A DNA stretch of 64,000 nucleotides from Setoptus koraiensis (GCA_048013815.1 CM106586.1:22134001-22198000); one strand, 5' to 3'; positions 13,625 through 25,672 are shown, counted from the stretch's first letter. Made by a program: numbers and translations. The notes: a model not told the origin generated them from the sequence alone.

Positions 13625-16378
13625 GCTCGCTGGCCATGCCACACACTTGCCACTTTGCTGCTGCTGCCGCTGCCGCTGCATAATTGGCGAGACCAGTGTA
13701 ACAGTGTAAATAACACACACACGATACTTTACAAGAGAGTGTCGTGATGAGATACAATTAATTATTAGCGGCTAATGAATTAGTTGTTGCCCAAATGACT
13801 TGTTTGTGTGTGTCTAGTAGCATTAGCGTGTTCACAGTCAAGTGGCTCACTAATCAGTTAGCCGGTAGTGGGCACAAACAAATGTTGGCAGCGTCATCCG
13901 CTGCTCGCAAGACACTTGTTAGCTGCATTATTTGGCGCATGAGAGAGGCAGCGAGCAACAACAATAGAGCCACCGAGCCAATTGACTGACTTAATAAGCT
14001 CGCCGGCGACTCGCAAAGCTGCCGCTGTTGTTGTTGTTGCTGCTGTTGCTGTTGCATTACGTCATTGCAGCGGCGCTAAAGCCACACATTGGACACGACA
14101 CCTAACAACGGCAGCGCCAACGAAAGGGCCAAGCCCTGCGTCCAGTCTCGGCGGCTAGATAGGTGATGTGTCGCACCTAATGAACGCAATCACCACTGTA
14201 ACAGGCGAGCCACATGCACAGGTGAGCAGCAGCAGCTTGTTGATGCGCTCACCTGTTTGTTAAATTAATTTATTCATATTAGTTGGCCGCAAATTGGCCG
14301 TATCAATTGACTGACCGATGGAGTAGACAGGCCGAAACAATTTGTTGTTGGACGCGCCGGACCACCGCCAGCGCTTCAATTAGCGTCACGAGCCGCTTTT
14401 GTGTTGGCTGTGAGTGGGTCGTCGCTGTTTTGTTCTCATACTTTTATCGCCTCTTGTGCCATGGGAGCGAAATTATTCAACAACAAACAATGGATAATAA
14501 AGCGACAACACAAATGGAGCGATCATCTTTATTAGTCTATCAGAGGTCTGTTTGCTCCATGGGCGTCCCAATGTTAGCTTGTGGGCGCTCATCGGGCCAC
14601 TTCTCGGCTGCAGCAGCTCAGTGTCAGTACTAATATTCACCAATATTCAAGTATAATATTGGCACACACACACACACACGAGCCGATACAAATTGGGCGA
14701 ACGTGCGAAAAGAACAAAGAAGCTTCTTTGGAATAATTCTTTTCGTGGCTCGCATGGCGTTGCGTTGTGTGTCAATCGGCCGGCCGAAATCGATCGCGGT
14801 GGCAGGGGCGCCACGCACAGCGAACAAGAAGGAGAAGATTTTGGCACTTAAAAACAAACACTCTGTGTTGTTTGCTCAACAACACAATACGGCCAATAGA
14901 ACAACAAAGAAGCGTTCTTTTGTTGTTTCTTCTGGCTCTGTTGTCGCTCGCTTCTTTTCGGTTCTCGGTGCTCGCTTTTCAGCTCGCAGCTCTCACAGTC
15001 AGCTCTCAGCTGTCGAGGCACGACGCAAGTGGCAGTGGCGCAAAATTGCACAAGCGCCAATGAATGGCAAACAAGCTCGAAAAGCGGACACAACCAACAA
15101 AAAGCTAGACAACACATCACGTCAACATTGACGATAATGACGCTCATTAATAGCTCATCAATTTTAAGCTCGTTAACAAATCTTGATTGATCACCACATC
15201 GGGCAAACAAACGAGCCAACAGCAACAAACAAACAATAGCTATATCGCATGGATACACTTGCACACACACAGTATAAGCATGCACCTATATTATGTTTAG
15301 TGGTGGCTGTACTTTGTAGGAGCTAGCATGTAGGCAGCAGTATTACGCAATGGCATGTATGATGTTAGCCACACAATCATTGCGTAATGTGTGTTTATTG
15401 AATAGAAGTGTTTATTGAAAGGAGACAACGCGCATAGCGTCCAGTCACTAGCTAATCACGGAAATTAAATATTAATAACGATGACTGATGGAGACGGCGA
15501 TGACTTTTGGCTTGCTTTTGGCATCGCTTTGCGTGGCTCGTTTGACAACGATTGACATTTATTAGCCACTTGTTATCAAGTAATCACCTGATAACAAGTG
15601 ATTCATCACTCGCAATCACTCGCAATCAGGTGCAACTTGCATCGTTTATTAGTAAGTAAATAAGTGTCTAGATGAGACACTTACTCAGAATCCGTTCCAT
15701 GTGTGAGCATTGTTTGCACGGCCGTTCACCACTTCCGGCCGAACTTTGCGCACATCGCATCACAGTCTCGACGTCTCGTCTAGACTCGCCACGATGAGCC
15801 TTAAAATGAGGATTCCAGGTAGCCATTCATTGACACTCGTTTGTTTGTTTGTTTGTGCGCTGCGTTTCCGGCCAATATCAACTTACTAATAACTGGTGCG
15901 TTACTTATCCGCTTATCTTATATACTAACAAGTGAGTGAATGCGTTGAATAGCCGGCATTCCGGGATTTCGTGGACAGTGTGGCCAGACTGTGTGATGTG
16001 ATTAGTAAAGATTAATGAATAATAAAAAAGACAATAAAGAGATAATAATTTTGAGAATTTTGAGAATTTGATTTCGGCTGCGCTCGCTAGATGGCATCCC
16101 GGCCCATCGGGCCGTTACGCTGGCCGACGGTGCGGGCCGTTGTGCGCAAGCGCAGACGTTTGCGATAGACGCCAACAAGCAACATGCGAGAGCGCTCTAG
16201 CGTTCGAGTCGACCAAACAATTTCGCAAAGCCATTTCAGACACAGACAGCGATAGATCGTCGGCCAAGTGAGATCGGGCGACACATTGTGGGATTAGTCG
16301 CGGCCTATAGGTGACACAAGACACATCGTCAGTTTCAAGACACAATTCTCCGTTCGACACAATCATCGACCATCAACA

Positions 16379-16504
16379 AAATCGAGACGCGACATAATCG
16401 AGACGCGACAAAATCGAGACGCGACAAAATCGAGACGCGACAAAATCGAGACGCGACATAATCGAGACGCGACATAATCGAGACGCGACATAATCGAGAC
16501 GCGA
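16379..16504. repeat. 16-bp tandem array AATCGAGACGCGACA(T/A), ~8 copies, ending ~115 bp upstream of the Dll ATG
   Basis: ATCGAGACGCGA cores at 16381, 16397, 16413, 16429, 16445, 16461, 16477 and 16493. Confidence 0.95.
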
Positions 16505-16606
16505 AATCAGCGAGACGCAAAATCAGCGAATATCAGATCAGCGACAGAAAGAGACCGACACGAGATCAGCGACTACTGGTAATCAATTGCGATCTTTGGT
16601 GAAAAG

Positions 16607-16621
16607 ATGAGCAAAAGATGA
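16607..16621 (+). promoter_or_regulatory. Four-codon uORF (MSKR*) whose stop overlaps the Dll start codon
   Basis: ATG AGC AAA AGA TGA; the TGA (16619-16621) overlaps the main ATG (16618-16620). Function is not shown. Confidence 0.45.
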
Positions 16622-19167
16622 ATATTACCGAGGCCGCCACAGATTATTTATCGTACAATCCTGTTGTGTCGCACAATGAACAATCAGCAATGACGGTGGC
16701 AGCAGCAACGGCAGCGGCCGCCTCACAATCCCGGGCCAATTATCTGGGCAATCACTCACATCATTTCAATCACTCAATCAGTCCCAACACAAACAATCAA
16801 GCAACCCAGCACACCCATTATCAGCAGTCGCCTGCGAGCGGCGCCGAGCCCATGCTGGCCGCCGGGGCCCACGTGAGTCCCCAATCGACGCCCACGCTGA
16901 CGCACAACATCACGCCGGATAATGCATTGCAACAGCTTCAGCAGCACAGTTATGAGCAACACTTTCAGCACCACCAGCTCCTATCGCAACAACAGCAAGA
17001 CGGCGCCAGCACCAATGGTCAGCAGCAGCAGCAATTACAGCATCACCAACAACAGGCGAGCCAATTGCACCACCAGCACCACCTCCTACAGCAGCAGCTC
17101 GATTTGCAGCACAACCAAGAACAATTCACCCAACAACAGCAACAGCAGCAACAACAGCAGCACATCAACAAATCCTCAACAAACGTGTCGCCAACAATAC
17201 AGCAGCAACAGCATCTGCACAACAGCAGCAACAACAACAGTCTATCGTCAGACGGGTCAGCGGCAACCGCTCAATCGGCGGGCCCGCCGCTGACACAGCA
17301 GCAGCTCCATCAGCAGCAGCACAACAACAATCACCACCACCAACAACAACATCACCACCTACAACAGCAACAACAACAACAGCAACAACACAATCACCCG
17401 CACCAGCAACAACAACAGCAGCAGCAACAGCAGCCGCACCACCATTCGCACCAGCTCGCACCGGTGCACCATCATCAGCAGCACCTTCAGCAGCATCACC
17501 CAGCGCTTCATTTGACACAGCATTTTAGTCCCGTCACAAATGCACCTGTCACACACAGTCATTATCACCAGTCGCCGGCTAGCTTAGCGGCCGGCGGCGC
17601 CGAGCCAATGCTAGCGGCCCACGTGAGTCCCCAATCGACGCCAACACTGACACAAAACATCACGCCAGACAATCTCAATCAACTCCACAGTCACCAGCAG
17701 CAGCAGCACCAACAACAACACAACCACCACCACCAACAACAGCACCACTTGCACCAGCACCTCCAACTGCAGCAACAGCAGCAGCATCTTCATTTGCATC
17801 AGCAGCAGCAGCAGCACCACCAACTACACCATCACCAGCAACAACAACACAAGCACTCACAATGGGACCAATCAAATTCGGCAAGCAGCGCAACTGCAAC
17901 CACAACCACTATTCAACATCATCCTATGCTAAACGGAACAGCGCCAGGCGTCACTGGCACGGCCGTAATTGGGCCCGCGGTGACACCAACAACGCCAACC
18001 GGAACAATGCAAGTGGACACAAAACAGTCTATATTTGGCCAACAGGCCGACGGCCAGTTGCACGCTGCGCGACTGCCCGTCGGGGCCCCCAATCAGCTGG
18101 CGCTGACCACGTCGCCCATTTTGGACTCGGCCCTGCAAACGGCCCATCACCCATCACAACTTCATCACCACCACCACCAGCAACAACAGCAACAACACTT
18201 GCACCAGCAATCGGCGGTGCATCATCAGCAACAACAACAACAACATCACCAACTACAACTACAGCATCATCATCAGCAGCAGCATCATCCGCAGCACCAT
18301 CTCAACCTCAACCACCACCACCATCACCACCACCACCAACTACAACAGCAGCAACAGCAACAACAACATTCGCACCACCATCACATGCAGCACCACCACA
18401 TGCACATGTCGCAACAAGCTGCCCAGCACCAGCACCATCTATCTAATCAACAACAACAACAACAACAACAACAAATAGACCAACAGCAGCAACTAATTAT
18501 TGCTGGCACCCATAGTCAGTTACCGGTGACAGTTAACAGTGGCAGCGGCAGCCTATTGACGGCAAACGACAGCAAGGTTGCCGCATCCATTGTTGGCACA
18601 TTGAAACACTCAACAACAGGTAACAACAATACTAGTAGTGCTACTACACAATCAACAACAGCCGCCGCCGCCGCTACAACAGGTGCCTCGACGGGACACA
18701 CGGGCCCCACGACGGGCCCAATTGTCGGGCATCACACCACTACTACCACCACAACAACCGGAAGTAACAACAAACAGAAAAACAGTGCTGCCGGCGGCGG
18801 CGGCGGCCAAGGTGGGGGCGGTAATAACAATGGTAACAGTAACAGCGGCCAAGGTGGCGGTGCCAAAAGCAAAAAAATGCGTAAGCCACGTACCATTTAT
18901 TCTAGCAATCAATTACAACAATTAAATAGTGAATTTACTAAAGCACAATATTTGAATTTGCCAGATCGCGCAAAACTAGCTGATCAATTAGGTTTAACTC
19001 AGACTCAAGTGAAAATATGGTTCCAAAATAGAAGGTCTAAGATAAAGAAGACACACAAGAATGGCGGAAATGTGTTCTCGATGATGAGCGCCGGCTCGCA
19101 GGACGACGTCACCAGCGACAACGGGGACAGCAATCAATCCTATTCGCCATCGCCATGTCCCATGTAA
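16618..19167 (+). CDS. Dll: Distal-less (Dlx-class) homeodomain transcription factor, 849 aa, single uninterrupted ORF
   Basis: Homeodomain at 18877-19056: [72 protein letters not shown] and [18 protein letters not shown] are Dll/Dlx signatures. N-terminal arm is Q/H-rich. Confidence 0.9.
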   Translation: MNITEAATDYLSYNPVVSHNEQSAMTVAAATAAAASQSRANYLGNHSHHFNHSISPNTNNQATQHTHYQQSPASGAEPMLAAGAHVSPQSTPTLTHNITPDNALQQLQQHSYEQHFQHHQLLSQQQQDGASTNGQQQQQLQHHQQQASQLHHQHHLLQQQLDLQHNQEQFTQQQQQQQQQQHINKSSTNVSPTIQQQQHLHNSSNNNSLSSDGSAATAQSAGPPLTQQQLHQQQHNNNHHHQQQHHHLQQQQQQQQQHNHPHQQQQQQQQQQPHHHSHQLAPVHHHQQHLQQHHPALHLTQHFSPVTNAPVTHSHYHQSPASLAAGGAEPMLAAHVSPQSTPTLTQNITPDNLNQLHSHQQQQHQQQHNHHHQQQHHLHQHLQLQQQQQHLHLHQQQQQHHQLHHHQQQQHKHSQWDQSNSASSATATTTTIQHHPMLNGTAPGVTGTAVIGPAVTPTTPTGTMQVDTKQSIFGQQADGQLHAARLPVGAPNQLALTTSPILDSALQTAHHPSQLHHHHHQQQQQQHLHQQSAVHHQQQQQQHHQLQLQHHHQQQHHPQHHLNLNHHHHHHHHQLQQQQQQQQHSHHHHMQHHHMHMSQQAAQHQHHLSNQQQQQQQQQIDQQQQLIIAGTHSQLPVTVNSGSGSLLTANDSKVAASIVGTLKHSTTGNNNTSSATTQSTTAAAAATTGASTGHTGPTTGPIVGHHTTTTTTTTGSNNKQKNSAAGGGGGQGGGGNNNGNSNSGQGGGAKSKKMRKPRTIYSSNQLQQLNSEFTKAQYLNLPDRAKLADQLGLTQTQVKIWFQNRRSKIKKTHKNGGNVFSMMSAGSQDDVTSDNGDSNQSYSPSPCPM

Positions 19168-19620
19168 CCCAAAACACACAAACACACTCTTGATTAGTTT
19201 CCACCTCTGTCGACACTCACTAATTAAAATTGAACAACAACAACATATTTGCATATTTAGCACACACACACACACACAATGACAGACGACGACGACGACT
19301 TATAAATACAAACAAATATAAATACTCGTATGAATCTCATGATTGATACCACCCACATTCAACCACCAGCGCGCCTCTACCGGTCCCTCGCTCAATTAAT
19401 TTCTTACTCGTCTAACACTGATTGCGTATTCGTCCGACATTGATCGTTGGCCGACCGTCAGCTGACAATGCCGCGAGGCGCAAACGGCAAGCCGATGTGA
19501 GACCTATATCACTATAAATCGCTGCATTGTGCATAGCCGCACGCACAGAACGGCACAGCACAGCGGTGCTCGCTTGCGCTGGCATTGTGTCGCTTTGGGG
19601 CCCCGCTCACCTAACGTTGG

Positions 19621-19730
19621 GCAACCCAATATGGCACACTGTGGCACAATGAGGCCCAATGCGGCACAATGTGCCCCAATGTGGCTCAATGTGGCTCAAT
19701 GCGGCACAACGTGGCACAATATAGCACGAT
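19621..19730. repeat. Degenerate 10-bp tandem array (consensus GTGGCACAAT), 11 in-phase copies
   Basis: Units keep exact 10-bp register with substitutions but no indels. Confidence 0.9.
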
Positions 19731-20536
19731 ATAGTGCAGCTCGCAAGCGCATATAGGGCAGTCGGGGAAGTCAACTGTATATGTGTCGATAAATGGACAT
19801 GTGACATGGCGCACACAAAACAATTAACAGGACGCGCTTGTCAGCGGTCAGCCGGTCAGCTGGCCGAGCGATAAGTGCACCTATAAAGGGCGCCAATCAA
19901 TCTGTCATGTGATGTCTCGATGAGTGACCACTGGCCACTCGTTGTTTGTTTGCTCACTCGAGCTCAAGTTGTTTGATCGTTGCTTGTATGTTTGTCTCTC
20001 TCTCTCTCTCTCTCTGCCCTGTCGTGCGTTTATCGCTGGCATGTTCATATGTGCTCTCGATGATCGCCGAGTGCCGGTGTCCCGCTGCGCCGGCCACCGG
20101 CGCTCGTCGACAGCACAGCAGCTCACCTCTTCATTTGCGCCGCTCGTCAAATCATTTCGTGCTCTCGCTCGCCGCTACTTATGCAAATGCCAATCGAATC
20201 CGTGGCGAGCCGTTTCATTATTATCCAATTACGACCATCAATCGCTTGTTGCCACCGCCGGCCGCGTGACCCCCGCGGCCCCCGCAACCCGCGTAGCCCG
20301 CGCACGCCCCACCCGACGAGCCTATAAACATGTGGCACATGAGCGGCCGAACGGTCAGCTGTGCGATATGGCCAACGACATTCTCTGAGCGGTGTTGGCT
20401 CTGCCGAATCGGTCGCATTGTCTCTACCAATGCGACACTCGTTTGCCGCTCGTTTTGCTGACCCACTCGTTATATTCGTCGCCCAATGGTCGTTCTGTCG
20501 GCTGTGCGGGCTATTTGGGCTGGCTTGATATGGCCA

Positions 20537-20602
20537 GCATCGGGTCGGCATTGGGTCGGCATCGGGTCGGCATCGAGTCGGCATCGGGTCGGCATCGGGC
20601 CG
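20537..20602. repeat. 11-bp tandem array GCATCGGGTCG x6
   Basis: Read directly from the sequence. Confidence 0.9.
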
Positions 20603-23600
20603 GAATTCCGCCGGCACCGAGTGGGCATCGGGCCGGCGCTGGGCCGGCATCGGGCCGGGATGTTCCGTTATTCCATTAGCGAGTGGCACAGAAATCGTTG
20701 CACACACACTTGCAGAAAGTTTCACAAAGTTATAGTGAGGCTTACAAGTCGCTCAAAACGGGCCCTCGCAGCGCACATGCCAGTGGCACACGCGCACAAA
20801 TGTGCCATTTGTCGCCCGGCTCACCTGTCCGGCCACAAATACAAACCGCCCGCCGCCCGCCGCCCGCCACCCGCCACAAACCACAAACACAGCTGACCGT
20901 CACACTAATAATGGCCAGAGCAAGCACTTTTTTGTCTGGCTGTGTTATTGGTTGTTACTCGCACAACTTGTGAGGTACACGCTGGCGAGCGCACGTCAAG
21001 TATGCGTGCCAAGTTGTGTTTTTGTGCGGCTTGGCACGCGCAAACTGTCTCCACGTGCACAACAATGCCACGTTGCATTACCGTTACACTGTTGGTCTTG
21101 TTTTGCGCTGTGTTGTGTCGCGTATCGTGTCGTGCCAAGTTGTGTTGCGCAACACGCAGCCCCCCATTTGACACAAAAACACGCTGACACTGTTATATAG
21201 AGCGCGCGCGGCTTGCGATCTGTCAAGACTGTCAGTGCGCGTCCTATAAATGGACATCGCATGTGTCTGGGCGGCGGCGAGCTTGGCACCTTGGCGCTCT
21301 TATTTTTGTTGTTGTTGTTGCAGCGGCAGCACGCACAGAAACAAATGCAAGAATTACAAACAGTGCGAAATGCGCTTTTGTTCATGATCGATTCGCGAGG
21401 CTTCTCCATCGAACGCTCTCTCACTCTCTGCCGCTATTCGCTGCGCCATTTCGCAGCTGTAACAACTGCAACAAACCCGTCGCCAGACCCGGCCCACGCC
21501 ACCCGACCCGCGACACGCCCCTGCGAGCACCACGCGCGGCGCTCGGTCGAGCGGAAGCACAAACGCAAGCGTTGATTGATTATTGTCATGGTGGCCCGTT
21601 ATTGATTAGTCTCATTAGATTATTATCTGCTGATTATCTTACGCTGCCGGCTTGTGTGTGTGTGTGTGTGTGTGTTTGCTGGCATGTTTGTCGTGCGTGT
21701 GTGTGTGTGTTGCCGGGATGTTTGTCGTGTGTGTCGGCGACGTGAGCACGGTAGTGGCGTGAATTGGCGGACGTGCGCAGACACGTATCGAGAGAGAGCG
21801 AGAGATAATTATAGAGTCATCGGCAATTGAGTGGCTCGCTGCGAGCGCGCCAGCTGATCGCTGTCAAAATCGCTGGCGCACCACGTCGATCAGCTGATAT
21901 TGACAGTTTCGTTTGGTGGCCATCGATCGTGCCACATCAAACTGGCTCACAATCAAACGAATCAGCTGACACGGGCACGCTGACGTTTATTTGGGTTGTT
22001 AGCGAACGAACTCTTGAGAGAACAGTTGCATGAGTTTTGTGTTGTTGTCGTTGGTGCCATGATGACGCAATCAGCATACATGCCGCGCCGTCTTTCGTCT
22101 TACGTAACGCGTACGCGGCAATATGCGCGGCTATGCGCGGCTACGCGCGGTTGTGCGCGGTTGTGCGCGGGTATTGCCGCGAAACAGTCAGCGTCGGCGG
22201 CGCCTCTGCTCAATCCAGTGGCACAGTCCAGTGGCCACTGTCGCGTTTCCATGGCGATAATAGCCAGAGAGAGAGAGTGAGCCCAAAAACAACAAAATTA
22301 TTGATGCTGCTAGTCAACTGTTGGTCGGCTGTCACTCTGTCGAGCCCGACAAAACCGGAGCGCAGCAACCGACAGAAACAAGCCAACAGAAACAAGCCCG
22401 ACTTGTTGTTTTGTCACTGGCTGCCAGGGGTGCACTTGTGCGCGGCCGAGCCGACGCCAGACGCAACCGCTCAGGTGAGATGAGTGGCGTTGCACGGCAG
22501 CAATTTGTACTGTTGCTGTTGTTGCAATCTTGTGACTGCGCGCTGGTCAAGTCACAAGATTGCGTAGAGTAGACATTGAAAATTAGCAGCCAACAACAAT
22601 GGAAAACAATAATGAGAGCGATGGGCGACGGACGAGCAGTGACACGTCGCCTTGCGCTGCCGTTGTTGGCGTGGTTGTTGTCGTTGTTGTTGCTGTTGTT
22701 GCCGTTGTTGCCGTTGTTGTTGCCGTGGTTGTCGTTGGTGGTGTTGCTGTGTGCGTGTGCAGGTAAACTAATAAACACCGACGGCGACCATTGTCTCTCG
22801 TCTGGCTGCCCAGCCGACCAGCTGATCGGCGAGCGGGCTGCTGGCCAGACTTGTGTCATGTTGGCCGGCCGCTCGTTGTCGGTTGTTGCCGTCGGTTGTT
22901 GGCGCGGTGGTTGGCGTCGGTTGTTGGCGTGGTTGTTGGCGTCGGTCGTTGGCGCTGCGAGCTGGCCGCTCCAACTTCGAACGGCAACAACATTCGAGCG
23001 TCGGCGTTCGAAGCGGCCGACGAATTTGAATTAGTTCGAATGCCACTGCCAGCATCACACACTGCACCTACTGGCCGTGTCATGCGTTCTGTCGGCGCAC
23101 ACTCTCAGACACAAACTCTGCCAATTGCCCACTGCTGGCGATCGCCAGTCGCCTGGCTGGTCAGCTTGCTCGCCGTTGTTGCTGTCGTTGCTGTTGCCGT
23201 TGTTGCTGTTGTTGTTGATGCTGTTGTTGTTGCTGCTGTTGTTGATGCTGCTGTTGTTGCCGCGCGAACAGCGACAGCACACACAAGGCCAACAACGACA
23301 ACGACGGCAACAGCAACGACGGCAACAACAGCGACGGCAACAACGACGACGGCAACAACGACGACGGCAACAGCAGCAGCAGACGAGCAAGAAACGGACA
23401 CTACAAAGACAATGCACACTGTTGCAATACGACCAACACTGTCAGAACACGGCCAAGTAGGCGTGTCGGCGTTGTCGAGTGCGTTCGCTGCTCACCTGGG
23501 CGAACGTTCGCCGCTGATGACGCCGTGACTGTCATGACGAGCCTCGTGACGGCCGCTGATGAGGCATCGGCCATTGGGCATCATGCGCCGGCCAGTTGCA

Positions 23601-25672
23601 GCGAGTTGCGATTCGCCAGCAACTTGCCAGCGACTTTCGGTTCATCTTTTCGGTTCGGCGTTCGGCGTTCGGCGTTCGGCGTTGAGAGCCGCTCACCAGC
23701 CCAATGACTCGCCGCGCCATGACGACTGCCCAACGCTGGCTGCATCATCATCAGCGTCATCATCGGCCTCGTCAGCGTCGTCGGCAGCATCAATTCGCCA
23801 ATTCGAAGCAACCACCGAAGCTGCCGAACGGACTTGTTCCCAATGCAGCAGTGCCAGTTGCATCTCCGCCGGCTGCCTGTGCCCAAAATAACAATATTTT
23901 CCGCAGCCACCATGGGCCGCCGTCACACAAGCGCCGTTCGCTGGCAGCGTTCGAAGTTCGGACACTTTTCGAACACTTTTGGAGCGCTGCTCTAGCGCCG
24001 CCTGAGCGCCGCTCGAGCGCTCCGCTCGCACCGTCCAACGGTGCAACATCAGACGCTCGGACGTTCGGACGCTCGGACGCTCGGACGCTCGGATGCTGGG
24101 ACGTTCGGACGGTCGGACAGGCAACGTTCGCACGGCCGACGACGCCACTTTGCGGGCCACAGCCCGACAGAGCCCGCCAGAGCGTCCGCGGGCGACACGC
24201 CCGCCGCACTCGAGTGGCCGGCGTCGCATGCGAGCGCTGTTAGCGCGCCAGATGCGACGCCGGCTCGGTCGCTTCCAGCGGCTTCGGGCCGCCGCCGGCG
24301 AGCGAACTCGGTCACCGGCGCGGACCAACCTGGTCGGGCCAACTGGCTGGCCCGAGGTTCGCGCCGGTGCCCGGCGCGCATCGTTGCCGGCGAGAATGAC
24401 GATTCGCCGAGAATTTTGCGAGTTGCGGCGCCCGTCTCAGCGACAACAGAGCCAACAAACCGGCCCGGTGAGCCGAAAAATTGGTGAGCCGCGGCTGTGA
24501 CGGCGCGCAAAGGTGGCTTGGCGCGCGCGTTCACGCCACAAATCGATCGGTGCCAATTGAATTCGGTGGCGCTGCTGAGCCGATTGCGAGGCGCAACAGA
24601 GCGGCTTCTCTCGGCGCACAAGCCGGCACGACGGCACAGCAGCGTGCGAGCTGGTCAGTGTGCGAGCTGGCGAGTGTGGAATTGCGAGAATCGCCGAGAG
24701 AGCGTGTCGGGGATGAGCAGTCATGTCATAGCCATTGTTTGCCGCAAACAACGCAAACAAATCACGGGCCGTGCCGAATCGGCCGGCGCTGGCGCCAGCG
24801 CCGGCCCGCCGAACGCCCGACGGCCGGAGCGGCGTCCGAAGCGGCGTCCGAAGCGGCGGCCAATCGGCGGCCGAACATCCGACGGCCTATAGCCGGCCGG
24901 CGGGCAACGTGCACACCACCGCGTTCTTGTAGGCATGTTATTATGTATATTCGCGCAAATATGCGCTCCATTTGTCCATGTCGTGTTACGATATCGTACC
25001 CAATTCCACAGATCTCCATAGCTCGCAATGTTGCAGCTACAGAGATCTGTGCGTGCGAGTCACCTTGCCGCTGCGCACTTTGTGCGACCGAGCCAACGAC
25101 CAAGTGTGTGCGTGTACGTGTGCGTGCCAGCCAGCGTGTGTGTGTGTGTGTGTGTGTGATTGATGGTCGCATAAATTGCTTTTGATACACACTATATATT
25201 AGGGGGCACACACATACAATTGGCGTGGGCAGCTCACCTGAGTGTGCGCCGGTGGTCAGCCGCTCAGGTGAGCTGGTCGCACGTGAACGACGCACACGCA
25301 CGCACACACACAAACAAACAATGACAGACTCTGTGCCACAGAGTGACCGTTGGCGCAAGAGTGGACATGTGACGCGGGCATGCAAAAAGTAGCAGATGAT
25401 AGCGTCAAATCAAATAAAATTGGATATTGGCCAAAGGTTAAGTGATTCGCCTGCAATCGATCACCGTCGCTGTGCGTGCGCCGCGCGCGCAACCGGGCAC
25501 ACTTGCGCGCAATCGCCCGAAAATAGCGCCGGGTCCCGCGCTGAAAACAACGCCGGGTCCCGCGCCGAAAACAACGCCGGGCCCCGATCCAAAAGCCGGC
25601 AATCGCACATCTTTTCTGGGGGCCACTTTTGAGGAATTTTCTGTTTGTGGGGCTCGTGGCGAGGCTGCGCAC

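Noticed and set aside
16379-16504. CRISPR-like look of regular arrays (also 37809, 48718, 55710, 56085)
   Set aside because: Head-to-tail repeats without unique spacers, no cas genes, eukaryotic context.
16872-16877. GTGAGT inside both Dll duplicated motifs as splice donors
   Set aside because: Downstream codons diverge synonymously between the two copies, which argues they are translated. Not formally excluded without cDNA.
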